Positions 40,364-51,382 of a DNA stretch of 64,000 bases are shown in pieces. Where the stretch lies: NCBI GenBank assembly GCA_042570545.1, contig JBHPGJ010000006.1, positions 1,327-65,326 of the forward strand. Direction: 5' to 3'. Under the pieces are notes generated by a model. That model did no database searches and had not been told where the DNA came from. It worked only from the letters and a program-made list of their open reading frames with translations. Both the position numbers and the translations under genes were made by a program. This DNA comes from Patescibacteria group bacterium. Lineage in GTDB: Bacteria > Patescibacteriota > Patescibacteriia > JBHPGJ01. Every line of letters starts with the position of its first letter. Positions within the stretch are counted from its first letter, which is position 1.

Positions 40364-41325
40364 CGCAATATTTTCTCTAGTCTGGATTTAAACTTCTCCC
40401 GGTACTCCTCACGTCGGTCAGCTTCGTGTACTTTAACTACCGACTTACCTATTACCACCCGGTTGTCGGGTTCACTGGACAGGGTGTCTTTATTTAACTT
40501 CATTTTGATCTTCTGGGCTGAGTGTAAGTAATTATCTATTTGATCGCCAAACCAGCTCCAGAGAAAAAATTCTCTAAGATAGCGAAACGTATAGGTCCAG
40601 GGCGTATCTTTTATCACTGGTTCTGGCCGCTGACTGAAGGCATTGGGCATTATAATCTCCAGCCAAGAATTACGACGTCGCAACTCTTGCCAGCCGCCAT
40701 TGTCATACAGCGGTACCAGCTGAGCTATCCAGAAAGCAAAATATGGATCAGCGGTGGGTAATAATAACGGTCGGAAATCAAGTGCTGTCTCAGTCAAATA
40801 AAAGCTTAAGCAAATATGATCTTTAACTTTACTACCATGACGGCGCAGTCCACGAGCTTCCAATGCACCGGTGACGACGAAACGGCTGGTCCATAAACGC
40901 TTGTCTTTGGTCACAATAAAGTAATCTATGTCACTTTCCCGTCGGATATTATTAATCGCCAATGTGTTGCAGACGGCGATTAATTTTATAAAAGGAGAAG
41001 TACGCAAAATCTTGGCTCCCTGTCTGGCAATTTCCCACTTGTGTCGGGCTATCTCATTTCTTTCCAGGCGCAAGATGACCAGTTCTTCGCGGCCGGTTAA
41101 ATAATAATAGCCGCCTTTGGTCTCAATTAATTTTTTGTCAACTAGTTCTTTTAGATTACTTAGAAATTCTTCGTGATTTATGATGTCTGGCTTGGATTCA
41201 ATTGCGGGCCAGCTAAAATATAGCCAACGCCAAATCTCCGATTCTTTCAGCGGATAATTATGGATATCGTGATAAGCTATAGTTGAAACAATAGCTTTGT
41301 CTAGTAGGCTGAACGTTAACTTCAT
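40360..41325 (-). CDS. conserved hypothetical protein with nucleotidyltransferase-like motif
   Basis: SDIDYFIVT, RLWTSR, KICL-like HICL. Confidence 0.7.
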   Translation of the reverse strand: MKLTFSLLDKAIVSTIAYHDIHNYPLKESEIWRWLYFSWPAIESKPDIINHEEFLSNLKELVDKKLIETKGGYYYLTGREELVILRLERNEIARHKWEIARQGAKILRTSPFIKLIAVCNTLAINNIRRESDIDYFIVTKDKRLWTSRFVVTGALEARGLRRHGSKVKDHICLSFYLTETALDFRPLLLPTADPYFAFWIAQLVPLYDNGGWQELRRRNSWLEIIMPNAFSQRPEPVIKDTPWTYTFRYLREFFLWSWFGDQIDNYLHSAQKIKMKLNKDTLSSEPDNRVVIGKSVVKVHEADRREEYREKFKSRLEKILR

Positions 41326-41359
41326 TAGCTCTGATTATACCTGTTTACTTGTTGGCTGA

Positions 41360-44242
41360 CTACTTACGGTAATATTTTTTTAAATGCTTGCCGGTATAGC
41401 TGCGGGTCATTTTGGCTACCTCGGCTGGCGTCCCTTCGGCAATTATTTCTCCTCCTTTGTCCCCGCCCTCAGGACCCAGATCAATGACCCAGTCAGCTGA
41501 TTTTATTACATCCAAATTGTGCTCAATTATTAAGACGGTGTTGCCCTTGTCAACTAACCGATTAATGACATCCAACAACCGTTTAACATCTTCAAAATGC
41601 AGTCCGGTAGTTGGTTCATCTAAAATATATAAGGTCTTGCCCGTAGCCCGACGGGATAATTCTGTTGCCAGTTTTACCCGCTGAGCTTCACCGCCTGATA
41701 GGGTGGTGGCTGACTGACCCAGGTGTATGTAACCCAGACCCACATCACCGAGTGTCTGTAATTTTTGTTTTATTGCTGGGATGTTCTCAAAAAATACAGC
41801 TGCCTCTTCTACGGTCATGGCTAATATATCAGCTATACTTTTATTTCGAAAATGGATTTCTAGTGTTTGTTGATTGTATCGCTTGCCTTTACACTCGTCA
41901 CATTCAACATAAACATCTGGCAGAAATTGCATTTCGATCTTGGTCAGTCCGTCACCTTCGCAGGCTTCACAGCGTCCGCCTTTGACATTAAAGCTGAACC
42001 GACCAGGTCCGTAGCCGCGGATTTTGGCTTCTGGTACTTGAGTAAATAAATCTCTGATGTAGGTAAACACACCGGTATAAGTGGCCGGATTAGATCGTGG
42101 AGTTCGGCCGATCGGTGATTGATCAATATTAATAACTTTGTCTAAATTGTCCAGACCATCTATTCTTTTATGAGCGCCGGGCAGGTCCTTAGAGTTATAA
42201 AAATGCTGCGACAGGGCTCTGGCTAATATATCGGTCATCAGAGTCGATTTACCCGAACCTGATACACCGGTAATGCAGACGAATTTTCCAAGTGGGATTT
42301 TGACGTTTATCTTTTTTAAATTGAATTCACTGGCTCCGACCACGGTTACGTATTTGTTGTTGCCTTGACGATATTTTTTAGGCATATCAATCTTTTTCTT
42401 GCCCGATAGATATTGTCCGGTTATTGATCTGGCTGTTTTTTTAACAGCCGCTGGTGTTCCTTCGGCGGTGATCTTCCCTCCGTGCTCACCGGCGCCTGGC
42501 CCGATATCAATTACGTGATCAGCTGACATGATCGTATTTTCATCATGCTCAACCACAATGACAGTATTGCCAAGATCGCGAAGTGATTTTAGTGTTCTGA
42601 TAAGCTTATCGTTATCACGCTGGTGCAGACCAATTGACGGCTCATCTAAGATATAAACAACTCCGACCAGCGACGAGCCGATTTGAGTAGCCAGTCTGAT
42701 GCGCTGAGCTTCACCGCCAGCTAAGGTGGCAGCGGCTCGATCCAGCGATAAATAGTCTAAACCGACATTATTTAAGAACTCCAATCGTGATTGGATCTCC
42801 TTGAATATTTGCTTAGCGATTATTTGCTGACGATTTGTCAGCTTGTGTTCAAGGTTACTTCGGACTTGGGCAAGCTGCTTAAAAAATTCTCTGGCTTGAA
42901 CAATGGTCATATCAACTATTTCCGAAATGTTTTTCCCACCGACAGTCACGCCCAGAGCTTCTGGCTGCAAACGTTTGCCGTGGCAGACAGGACATTGAAG
43001 TATACGCATATAACGTTCTATTTCTGAACGGACATAATCTGATTCAGTTTCTTTATAGCGTCTCATCAAGTTTGGAATGACGCCTTCATAGGTAGTTGTA
43101 AAGTTGCCCTCAAATCTATCACTGGAGTAGTCCATTTTATATTCTTTACCTCGACTACCGTATAAAACTAGATCTAACTGCTTTTTAGTCAAATCTTGAA
43201 CCGGGGTATTGAGCGAAAATTTATTCTCTTCGGCTACCGTGCCTAACATGCGTATATACCAAGTTTGATTCGACGAGGTACGTGACCATGGCCGTATAGC
43301 TCCCTGGGCAATGGTTAGTCGTTTATTTGGTATTACCAGTGAGGGTTCTATTTCCAGCCGGGTGCCCAAGCCGGTGCATTCCGGACATGCTCCATGAGGA
43401 TTATTAAAAGAAAATGTCCGGGGCTCGATCTCGGCCAGACTTATATGACAATGTTCACAAGAAAAATGTTCAGAGTAGATAGTGTCTTTTTTATTTTGTT
43501 CTTGATGTATTACTATAACTCCATCGCCAAGTTCTAAAGCTGTTTCAATAGAATCGGCAATGCGAGTTTTGTCTGAATCTTGTTTCTCCATATCATCAAC
43601 GCCCAGTTCTAATCGATCAACGACAACTTCCAAGTTATGTTTTTTATTCTTATCAACCCGTAAGTCTTCGGCTTCTTCTATGCCGTAAATCACGTTATCA
43701 AATCTTACCCGGACATAACCGGCTTTACGGATCTCCTGGAGAGTATTTTTATGCTCACCCTTTTGGCTCCGCACTACCAGGGCTAGAATAGCAATCTTGG
43801 TACCCCGGGGCAGAGTTTGAACTTGATCAATTATTTGTTCAGCTGTCTGTTTTGATACTTGCCGGCCACACTGAGGGCAATGTGGGATACCAACGCGGGC
43901 GTACAATAAACGCAGATAGTCGTAAACTTCAGTTACTGTACCAACTGTCGAACGCGGATTATGCGAGGTAGATTTCTGATCAATTGATATAGCCGGTGAT
44001 AGGCCTTCAATCTGATCAACGTCCGGTTTATCCATCAAGCCTAAAAACTGCCGAGCATAAGCGGATAATGATTCAACATAGCGGCGCTGTCCCTCGGCGT
44101 AAATGGTATCAAAAGCCAACGATGATTTGCCGGAGCCCGATAGCCCGGTTATCACCACTAATTTATTTCGTGGAATCTTTAAACTGATATTTTTTAAATT
44201 GTGAACGCGAGCACCGCGTACCGAAATCGCCTCTTCGGGCAT
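41360..44242 (-). CDS. uvrA: excinuclease ABC subunit A
   Basis: [18 protein letters not shown], two ABC domains, zinc fingers. Confidence 0.99.
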   Translation of the reverse strand: MPEEAISVRGARVHNLKNISLKIPRNKLVVITGLSGSGKSSLAFDTIYAEGQRRYVESLSAYARQFLGLMDKPDVDQIEGLSPAISIDQKSTSHNPRSTVGTVTEVYDYLRLLYARVGIPHCPQCGRQVSKQTAEQIIDQVQTLPRGTKIAILALVVRSQKGEHKNTLQEIRKAGYVRVRFDNVIYGIEEAEDLRVDKNKKHNLEVVVDRLELGVDDMEKQDSDKTRIADSIETALELGDGVIVIHQEQNKKDTIYSEHFSCEHCHISLAEIEPRTFSFNNPHGACPECTGLGTRLEIEPSLVIPNKRLTIAQGAIRPWSRTSSNQTWYIRMLGTVAEENKFSLNTPVQDLTKKQLDLVLYGSRGKEYKMDYSSDRFEGNFTTTYEGVIPNLMRRYKETESDYVRSEIERYMRILQCPVCHGKRLQPEALGVTVGGKNISEIVDMTIVQAREFFKQLAQVRSNLEHKLTNRQQIIAKQIFKEIQSRLEFLNNVGLDYLSLDRAAATLAGGEAQRIRLATQIGSSLVGVVYILDEPSIGLHQRDNDKLIRTLKSLRDLGNTVIVVEHDENTIMSADHVIDIGPGAGEHGGKITAEGTPAAVKKTARSITGQYLSGKKKIDMPKKYRQGNNKYVTVVGASEFNLKKINVKIPLGKFVCITGVSGSGKSTLMTDILARALSQHFYNSKDLPGAHKRIDGLDNLDKVINIDQSPIGRTPRSNPATYTGVFTYIRDLFTQVPEAKIRGYGPGRFSFNVKGGRCEACEGDGLTKIEMQFLPDVYVECDECKGKRYNQQTLEIHFRNKSIADILAMTVEEAAVFFENIPAIKQKLQTLGDVGLGYIHLGQSATTLSGGEAQRVKLATELSRRATGKTLYILDEPTTGLHFEDVKRLLDVINRLVDKGNTVLIIEHNLDVIKSADWVIDLGPEGGDKGGEIIAEGTPAEVAKMTRSYTGKHLKKYYRK

Positions 44243-44279
44243 AAAAATTACCCCATCTAGTTTACAAAGATGGGTGATA

Positions 44280-44308
44280 GTTTACACCCTCAGTCAAGAT
44301 AGGTCAAG
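44280..44308 (-). promoter_or_regulatory. uvrA promoter
   Basis: TTGACC-17 nt-TAAACT, followed by a 5' hairpin. Confidence 0.55.
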
Positions 44309-44328
44309 AGCTAAGGCTTGGCTGCTGA

Positions 44329-44679
44329 TTATTGGGTTACATTAGCCGTCGTACCAGCTACAAATATTACGACCGCCCAGGCCAGTAGCACAACAATCAA
44401 ACCTACTATGGCCCCGATAATAACCTTTTTTGCTTTTTCGCCCCGTTCTTCACCTTGAGCAGTAGCGGCAACAAATCCGGCTGATATTATCATGACCACC
44501 GCTACTAAAGCCAATATACCAAGTACCCACTGGATGATATTTATTATCGTATCTTTCAAGTCGGTGGATCCCAAACCCACTGATGAACCAATATCTTCAA
44601 TGCTAAAAGAAGTCTGAGCTAGAGCTGGACCGGCTAGAAATAGGCAAAATATGGTTGATATTAGTATTACTTTTTTCAT
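44329..44679 (-). CDS. pilin-like protein (TrbC/VirB2-like, CPR type)
   Basis: Signal peptide, two TM, KAKKVIIGAIVGL motif; leaderless. Confidence 0.8.
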   Translation of the reverse strand: MKKVILISTIFCLFLAGPALAQTSFSIEDIGSSVGLGSTDLKDTIINIIQWVLGILALVAVVMIISAGFVAATAQGEERGEKAKKVIIGAIVGLIVVLLAWAVVIFVAGTTANVTQ

Positions 44680-44780
44680 ATCAACATTATATCATTTATA
44701 TACATTAATAAAAAAATGCCTCCCACTCTACGAGCGCAGAGCGGGAGGGCTTGGAAAACATGTACGAGGTGACAGCGGAT

Positions 44781-45329
44781 TTAGGCCGGCGGCGGTGCCG
44801 AAGAACTCTTGGTGCTTCCGACCGCCATATCCTGCGGCTTGACGCACGTAAAGATCGGGATGAGCTGGTGCTTGGGATCGAGGTTCATCGCGCCATTGAC
44901 GTTGACGCAGATGGTATGATCGTTGTCCCAGAGCTGACAGGCTGCCCACGATCCTTCGAGGGTGCGCATGGCCCAGTCGATGAGCGCGCCGCTCATCAGT
45001 GCCTCGAGCTTCTCTTCGCCTCCCACGACCGGGACGAAGTCGTCCTTGGTCTCGGAAAAGCAGAGAAACAGATAGGGCACCTTGTCGGTCTTGTTGGGAG
45101 GCTCGGCCATCTGTACGTAGCAGAAATGCAGGTACAGACCGGCGCGGATCAAGTCAGCGTAGAGCTGATCGCTCCGGCAGGGCATCGGTTGGGCCACCAT
45201 CTTGCCCGGCTGGGTGCGCTTCTGCGACCGCCGTTGGGCGATCACGTCGTTCTTGCGATCCAGCGTGGGCACGCCGAACTCATCCGGTGGTTCAAAATTC
45301 TTGAGACGAACCAAGACTACTTTACCCAT
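44781..45329 (-). CDS. hypothetical protein (GC-rich orphan)
   Basis: GGAGG SD; TTGACA upstream; hairpin plus U run at ~44710-44750. Confidence 0.7.
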   Translation of the reverse strand: MGKVVLVRLKNFEPPDEFGVPTLDRKNDVIAQRRSQKRTQPGKMVAQPMPCRSDQLYADLIRAGLYLHFCYVQMAEPPNKTDKVPYLFLCFSETKDDFVPVVGGEEKLEALMSGALIDWAMRTLEGSWAACQLWDNDHTICVNVNGAMNLDPKHQLIPIFTCVKPQDMAVGSTKSSSAPPPA

Positions 45330-45547
45330 TTTGGGCCTCCGATCATGCTGGTACTGGTTGGAGTTGATACGAGAGCTACTACGAATTCAGTTTTCGTCTC
45401 TGTCTAAGCTAAGGCTGTCAAAGAATCTATACCATGAATATTGATAAATCCATAATACAGACCGTAAAATCTATCACAAAATCACCCTATTGTCAATCCA
45501 GGAGGTATAAATATCAATATTTACCGTGTTATACTATCAACAAGTAT

Positions 45548-47308
45548 ATGCCTGAAGTAAATAATTTACTCAAAGACCTGCCAACCAATCCCGGTGTTTA
45601 TCTATTTAAGAATAAGCGGGGAAAAATACTATATATTGGCAAAGCAAAAAATCTGATTAATCGGGTTCGGTCATATTTTAATAGATCAGCCGGATTTACA
45701 TTAGCCAAGAAATTAATGGTCGAGAAAATATTCAGCATCGAAACCATTCTAACCAATACCGAGACTGAAGCGATCTTACTGGAGTCGACGCTTATCAAAA
45801 GACACCAACCGCCTTATAATGTCGCTCTTAAAGATGATAAACATTTTCTATACATCAAAATATCCGACGACCAGTACCCCACCCTGGAAACAGTACGCCG
45901 CATAGGCAGTGATCGCAGTCGTTACTTTGGGCCCTATGCTTCAACCCGCTCGGTTCGGGTAACTTTGAAGATGCTGAAGCAGATATTTCATTATCGCACC
46001 TGTCAGCCGGGACAAGGACGTCCTTGTTTTGATTATACTATCGGCCGCTGTGCTGGTCCTTGTGTCGGAGCGGTCGGGCCGTGGCAGTATCAAAAAATAA
46101 TAAAAAATATAATCTCTTTTCTTAAAGGTCAAATGCAGCCGGTCATTGAAGATCTGGAAGATCAGATGCGACAAGCAGCCAAAAGCAAGCGCTATGAGAA
46201 GGCGGCCCAGTTACGCGATCAGCTGGTGGCTATCAACAGATTGAAAATCGGGCAAAAAGTAATCGGCACCAAAAAATCAGTCCAAGATGTAATTAGTATA
46301 TATCAGCAAAACGGCTTGGCAGCGGTGAACTTATTTAAAATCAGACATGGTTATATGGTTGAAAAAAGGAATTTCATTATGGAACGGGCCAGCGATATGA
46401 TAATGCCTAATTTGATCAGTGAGTTTATCATGCGTTATTACCCATTAACTACGGATTGGCCTAGAGAAATAATTGTGGCCGTCTCGCCCAAAGAAAAAGC
46501 GGTCTTAAAACAATTAACTGGTGCAAAGATTACCGTACCTCAACGCGGCTTAAAGAAAAAATTAATTGCCATGGGCAATACCAATGCCCGCGACTGGCTG
46601 CAACGCAGTCAGCAAGCACAAGCAAAACGTCAATCACAAGCCCAACTAGCCTTATCTGATCTGGCTGAGGCCTTACATATCAACCTGCCTGTTCGTATAG
46701 AAGCTTATGACATATCCAATATTCAAGGTGTTAACTCGGTTGGTTCAATGGTTGTTTTCCATCAAGGCCAGCCAAAAAATTCAGATTATCGAAAGTTTAA
46801 TATTCGAACAGTTAAAGGGATAGATGATCCAGCTATGTTGGCTGAGATTGTGCGCCGACGCTTTGCATCTGATAAGTTAAAATCTTTACCCCGGCCTGAT
46901 TTAATAATACTTGATGGCGGCCGGGGACAACTATCAGTAGTTGATAAACATATTCCTAAAGAATTGAAAAATATTCCCCTAGTGGCCCTAGCTAAAAGAC
47001 ACGAAGAAATTTATCGGCGTAATCGATCACTGCCAATAAGGCTGGTCGGCCAATCACCTAGTTATTTTCTTATTCAACGTATACGCGATGAAGCTCATCG
47101 TTTTGCTATTGGCGGTCATCGAAGGCGACATCGGGCAGTAACAATTCATTCTAAGCTTGATGATGTTCCCGGAATCGGGCCACAGACTAGACGTAAATTG
47201 TTAGCCAAATTTGGTTCGTTGGATGGAGTGCTTAAGGCCAGCACGATCGAACTAACAAAAATTGTCAATGAAAAAATTGTAAAAAAAATATATGAAAATC
47301 TCTCCTAA
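45548..47308 (+). CDS. uvrC: excinuclease ABC subunit C
   Basis: PGVY, YIGKAKNL GIY-YIG, YDISN, DGGRGQL, RDEAHRFAI, HhH. Confidence 0.97.
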   Translation: MPEVNNLLKDLPTNPGVYLFKNKRGKILYIGKAKNLINRVRSYFNRSAGFTLAKKLMVEKIFSIETILTNTETEAILLESTLIKRHQPPYNVALKDDKHFLYIKISDDQYPTLETVRRIGSDRSRYFGPYASTRSVRVTLKMLKQIFHYRTCQPGQGRPCFDYTIGRCAGPCVGAVGPWQYQKIIKNIISFLKGQMQPVIEDLEDQMRQAAKSKRYEKAAQLRDQLVAINRLKIGQKVIGTKKSVQDVISIYQQNGLAAVNLFKIRHGYMVEKRNFIMERASDMIMPNLISEFIMRYYPLTTDWPREIIVAVSPKEKAVLKQLTGAKITVPQRGLKKKLIAMGNTNARDWLQRSQQAQAKRQSQAQLALSDLAEALHINLPVRIEAYDISNIQGVNSVGSMVVFHQGQPKNSDYRKFNIRTVKGIDDPAMLAEIVRRRFASDKLKSLPRPDLIILDGGRGQLSVVDKHIPKELKNIPLVALAKRHEEIYRRNRSLPIRLVGQSPSYFLIQRIRDEAHRFAIGGHRRRHRAVTIHSKLDDVPGIGPQTRRKLLAKFGSLDGVLKASTIELTKIVNEKIVKKIYENLS

Positions 47309-47447
47309 AAAGATCGAAGCCGAAGAAAAAAAAGTTGAAAATAAAGCCACAAGACGTCAACGTAAGAAACGTCCGATAATGAAAGTTTCTGGGCGACAAG
47401 TATTTCAGTTAAAAAACATCATTAAAAAAAGGGCTAAAAGTCGGTAA
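47292..47447 (+). CDS. small basic protein (51 aa)
   Basis: MKISPKKIEAEEKKVENKATRRQRKKRPIMKVSGRQVFQLKNIIKKRAKSR; overlaps uvrC stop and fills the gap. Confidence 0.55.
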   Translation: MKISPKKIEAEEKKVENKATRRQRKKRPIMKVSGRQVFQLKNIIKKRAKSR

Positions 47448-47476
47448 TTGACAAAAACAAGTCATTTTGCTAGATT
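47448..47476 (+). promoter_or_regulatory. secG operon promoter
   Basis: TTGACA-17 nt-TAGATT. Confidence 0.65.
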
Positions 47477-47512
47477 CAAGGCTAGATTTCTCATGGAAAG
47501 ACAGAAGATTTA

Positions 47513-47731
47513 ATGAAAAATATATTACTAATCATACAGGTGGTATCAGCTGTGGTGCTCATTGTATTTATATTGATGCAGAGTCGCGGAGCAGGTTTGG
47601 GGGGCATTTTCGGCGGCAGCAGCAATGCCTACACGACCAAACGAGGTATGGAGAAATTATTATTTGTCGGCACTATTATCACCGCCATGTTCTTCCTTGG
47701 TGCTGCCTTAGCCAACGTATTATTATTTTAA
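47513..47731 (+). CDS. secG: preprotein translocase subunit SecG
   Basis: ILMQSRGAGLGGIFGG, KRGMEK, two TM. Confidence 0.93.
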   Translation: MKNILLIIQVVSAVVLIVFILMQSRGAGLGGIFGGSSNAYTTKRGMEKLLFVGTIITAMFFLGAALANVLLF

Positions 47732-47761
47732 ACATATATTGGGCTAGGATTATAAATTAGC

Positions 47762-49591
47762 TTGCCTACCTTTATCAGCCAACAATTTCAGAAAATAAAA
47801 AACTGGTTTACTAAGAAAAAGGACCAAGATAATTCAGCTAGACAATCGACTACCGGACAAGCCGATGAATTAGACAAAAAGCTGGTTTTTGATTTGCGTT
47901 CATCCCGACTACCATCACGGTCTCAGCTTAGATATTTACCCAAAGTATTAAATCGAACTGAAAAAAGAATTATTAAAATCTTCTTAGCGATAGCGATCAT
48001 CGCCTTGATTGTATTGGGTATAAGATTTTATCAGCGTCATGTCATAGCCGTGCCCACAGTTGGCGGACAGTATACCGAGGCCCTAATCGGCGCTCCCCAA
48101 TATATAAATCCGCTTTTCGCCCAGACAAATGACGTCGATCAGGATCTAGTGGCCTTAATTTTTTCCAGTCTTTTTACTATTGATCCGGCCGAGGGATTGG
48201 CTCCTGATTTGGTATCCAGTTATGAAATTTCTGAAGATCAAAAAAGTTATACCTTTACCTTGCGACAGGATGTTTATTGGCATGATGGCGAACAGCTAAC
48301 AGCCAATGACGTTTTATTTACTATCGGTGCTATACAGAATCCAGAATATAAAAGTCCGTTGTTCACCAATCTGCGAGGGGTAGAAACACATAAAGTCGAT
48401 GAATTCACCATTACCCTGACATTGCCAGAACAGTTTGCACCGTTTTTATCAAATCTTATCTTTGGTATCTTACCGGAACACTTGTGGTCTGATGTTGATA
48501 CGGCCAACGCCCTACTAGTTGAATACAACTTGAAACCAATTGGATCGGGACCATATGCTTTTCAGTCATTGACACGAGATCGAACTGGAATTATCAAATC
48601 ATACACTTTGATACCTCATGATCGTTATCATGATCATTCACCTTATATATCAAAGTTAACTTTTCGCTTATACCCTGATTTGTTTACTGCCGTAGAAGCG
48701 GTAAAAAATAAAAATGTTGAAGGTATTAGCTTTATCACCCAAGACCAAAAGGAAGAATTAGAAAAAAGTGGCATAAATATTCAGGCTCTTGGTTTGCCAC
48801 AATACTCGGCTTTATTCTTTCACCAGAAGAGAAACGAACGCCTTACTGATCTTAATATCCGCAGCGCTTTAGACAGAGCTATCAATAAACAGGTCATAAT
48901 TGACGATGTGCTGGGCGGAGATGGTGTTATAGTTGATGGACCAATCTTGCCGGGTTATATCGGATATAATCCTGATTTGGACGTGCGGTCGTATGACCCA
49001 GAACAAGCCAATAGATTATTAGACGAATCTGGCTGGACACTGCCCGAGGAGGGACAAGTAAGAACTAAAGACGATAGCGAGCTGGCCTTCTCATTGACCA
49101 CCGTTGATCAGCCACAATTTCTGGCTACCGCCGAACTAATTAAGACCAATTGGGAAGAAGTTGGTATCAGGGTGGAGCTAATAGTCGTTCCCAGCTCTCA
49201 AGCTCAACGTGATATAATTAAGACTCGGGAATATGACATACTACTATATGGCGAAATTATCGGTATTGATCCTGATCCTTTCCCCTTCTGGCACTCTTCT
49301 CAACAGACAGATCCCGGACTAGCCTTAGCCATATTCTTTAACAAACAAGCCGATAAAGTCTTAGAGCAAGCTCGGCAAACTAGCGACCAGGAGCAAAGAA
49401 ATCTTAAATACCTAGAATTTCAAAACATCTTAGCCGAGGAAATACCTGCAATTTTTATTAATAGTCCCCAATACATATACGGCTTAGCTGATAAAATAAA
49501 AGGCTTTGAGCTGCGAAATATAACCGTGCCAGCGGACCGCTTTACAAACATTAACGATTGGTATATCAAGACCAAACGGGCTTGGCAGTAA
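47762..49591 (+). CDS. peptide ABC transporter substrate-binding protein (family 5)
   Basis: YTFTLRQDVYWHDGEQLTANDV, PIGSGPY; TM anchor. Confidence 0.9.
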   Translation: MPTFISQQFQKIKNWFTKKKDQDNSARQSTTGQADELDKKLVFDLRSSRLPSRSQLRYLPKVLNRTEKRIIKIFLAIAIIALIVLGIRFYQRHVIAVPTVGGQYTEALIGAPQYINPLFAQTNDVDQDLVALIFSSLFTIDPAEGLAPDLVSSYEISEDQKSYTFTLRQDVYWHDGEQLTANDVLFTIGAIQNPEYKSPLFTNLRGVETHKVDEFTITLTLPEQFAPFLSNLIFGILPEHLWSDVDTANALLVEYNLKPIGSGPYAFQSLTRDRTGIIKSYTLIPHDRYHDHSPYISKLTFRLYPDLFTAVEAVKNKNVEGISFITQDQKEELEKSGINIQALGLPQYSALFFHQKRNERLTDLNIRSALDRAINKQVIIDDVLGGDGVIVDGPILPGYIGYNPDLDVRSYDPEQANRLLDESGWTLPEEGQVRTKDDSELAFSLTTVDQPQFLATAELIKTNWEEVGIRVELIVVPSSQAQRDIIKTREYDILLYGEIIGIDPDPFPFWHSSQQTDPGLALAIFFNKQADKVLEQARQTSDQEQRNLKYLEFQNILAEEIPAIFINSPQYIYGLADKIKGFELRNITVPADRFTNINDWYIKTKRAWQ

Positions 49592-49678
49592 GCCGCGGTG
49601 GTGAAATTGGTAGACACGCAGCGTTCAGGGCGCTGTGGGCGTAAGCTCATGGGAGTTCGACTCTCCCCCGCGGCACCA
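49592..49678 (+). tRNA. tRNA-Leu(CAG)
   Basis: 87 nt, CAGCG-TTCAGGG-CGCTG anticodon arm, variable arm, CCA. Confidence 0.97.
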
Positions 49679-49686
49679 AAAAGAAC

Positions 49687-51375
49687 ATGAAACCTAAAAG
49701 AAAAAAACAACCAAAATCATTACGTATCATTCCTCTTGGCGGCCAAGAAGAAGTTGGTCGTAATATGACCATTTTTGAGTATGGCAACGATATCGTCATT
49801 TTAGATATGGGCATACAGTTTCCTGAGGAGGATATGCCGGGCATAGACTATATCATTCCCAATATTTCTTATCTTAAAGGTAAAGAAAAACGTATTCGGG
49901 GAGTAGTTTTTAGCCACGGTCATCTCGATCACATCGGGGCGGCGCCGATTTTGTTGGAGAAGTTAGGTTATCCGCTTATTATTGGTCGCCCGCTTACTCT
50001 GGAGCTGATAAAAAATCGTCAGGAAAACTATAAGAAAGGTACCACTGGCCGGCTAAAAATCAAACAAATAAAATCAATCAACAATACTGTAAGTCTGGGT
50101 AATTTCACTGCCCGATTTTTTGCTGTTGACCATTCAATTATGGATGCTATTGGTGTGGCCCTAGAAACTCCGCGTGGTACAGTAATCCATCCTGGCGACT
50201 GGAATTATGAGAAAGATCCGATTGGCCGTAAACCGCTTACTTATCATCACTTAGCAAGAATGCGACGACCGACTCTGCTGATGCTGGAAAGTCTAGCGGC
50301 TACCAATATGTCCCCGCGCGTACCAGAAAAGGTGATGTATCGTAATTTGGAGAAACTTATAACCGAAGCCAGCGGCCGGATTATAATTGGTACTTTTTCC
50401 TCACAAATTGAAAGAATCAATTATCTAATTTCTATGGCCGAAAAGTACGGCCGCAAAATTGCTTTTGATGGCTACAGCATGAAGACTAACGTGGAAATTG
50501 CTAGTCGCTTAGGTTATATCAAAATCAAAGAGGATGCCTTTATACCGATAAATAAAATACGTGATTATCCTGATCGGCGAGTAATGATTATCTGCACCGG
50601 TGCCCAGGGCGAGTCGCGAGCGGTGCTCTCCCGTATTGTTGATGGCAGTCATCGTTTTGTTCAAATTAAAAGGACCGATACGGTAGTTTTCTCTTCATCA
50701 GTAATTCCGGGAAACGAACGTACCATTCAACGCCTGAAGGATAACCTCTACCATCTGAGCGATAATGTTATTCATAGTGATATTATGGACGTTCACTCCA
50801 GCGGTCACAGTTCGGCAGCTGATATCGTAGAGGTGGTTAAGCAGATCAAACCGACCTACTTCTTGCCGGTTTATGCTAACTATTACTTTCTTAAGGAAGC
50901 TGAGAAACTAATCACCAAGCATGGTTTTAATAAAAATAATATTTACGTGCTGGAAAATGGTCATGTTCTAGATATGAGAGGCGGCCGGCCCAGAATTTTA
51001 CCCAAAAAAGTAACGACCGATTATGTTTATGTTGACGGACTGGGTATTGGTGATGTCTCCCATATTATCCTGCGTGATCGCCAGCAATTGGCCAACGAAG
51101 GTATGATAGTCATCATTGTGACCATTGATAAACAGTCTGGTCGTCTCATCGATAAGCCGGAAATACTATCCCGGGGTTTTGTCTATATGAAAGAACAGCC
51201 AGAAATCAAAGCTAAGATCGAAAGAAAGGTTAAGCAGATATTGTCTAAATACGATTCTCGCAACCCGGCTAATGAATTAGTAATAAGAAAACGCCTACAA
51301 GACGATGTCGGCCAAATGCTATACAGCATGACCGAAAGACGGCCAATGGTACTGCCGCTAGTAATTGATGTATAA
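49687..51375 (+). CDS. rnj: ribonuclease J
   Basis: PLGGQEEVGRNM, SHGHLDHIG, HS, TGAQGE, VHSSGH. Confidence 0.95.
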   Translation: MKPKRKKQPKSLRIIPLGGQEEVGRNMTIFEYGNDIVILDMGIQFPEEDMPGIDYIIPNISYLKGKEKRIRGVVFSHGHLDHIGAAPILLEKLGYPLIIGRPLTLELIKNRQENYKKGTTGRLKIKQIKSINNTVSLGNFTARFFAVDHSIMDAIGVALETPRGTVIHPGDWNYEKDPIGRKPLTYHHLARMRRPTLLMLESLAATNMSPRVPEKVMYRNLEKLITEASGRIIIGTFSSQIERINYLISMAEKYGRKIAFDGYSMKTNVEIASRLGYIKIKEDAFIPINKIRDYPDRRVMIICTGAQGESRAVLSRIVDGSHRFVQIKRTDTVVFSSSVIPGNERTIQRLKDNLYHLSDNVIHSDIMDVHSSGHSSAADIVEVVKQIKPTYFLPVYANYYFLKEAEKLITKHGFNKNNIYVLENGHVLDMRGGRPRILPKKVTTDYVYVDGLGIGDVSHIILRDRQQLANEGMIVIIVTIDKQSGRLIDKPEILSRGFVYMKEQPEIKAKIERKVKQILSKYDSRNPANELVIRKRLQDDVGQMLYSMTERRPMVLPLVIDV

Positions 51376-51382
51376 TTAACAT

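Noticed and set aside
44751-45407. 218-aa + strand ORF
   Set aside because: Antisense shadow of the GC-rich - strand gene, which has the SD, promoter and terminator.
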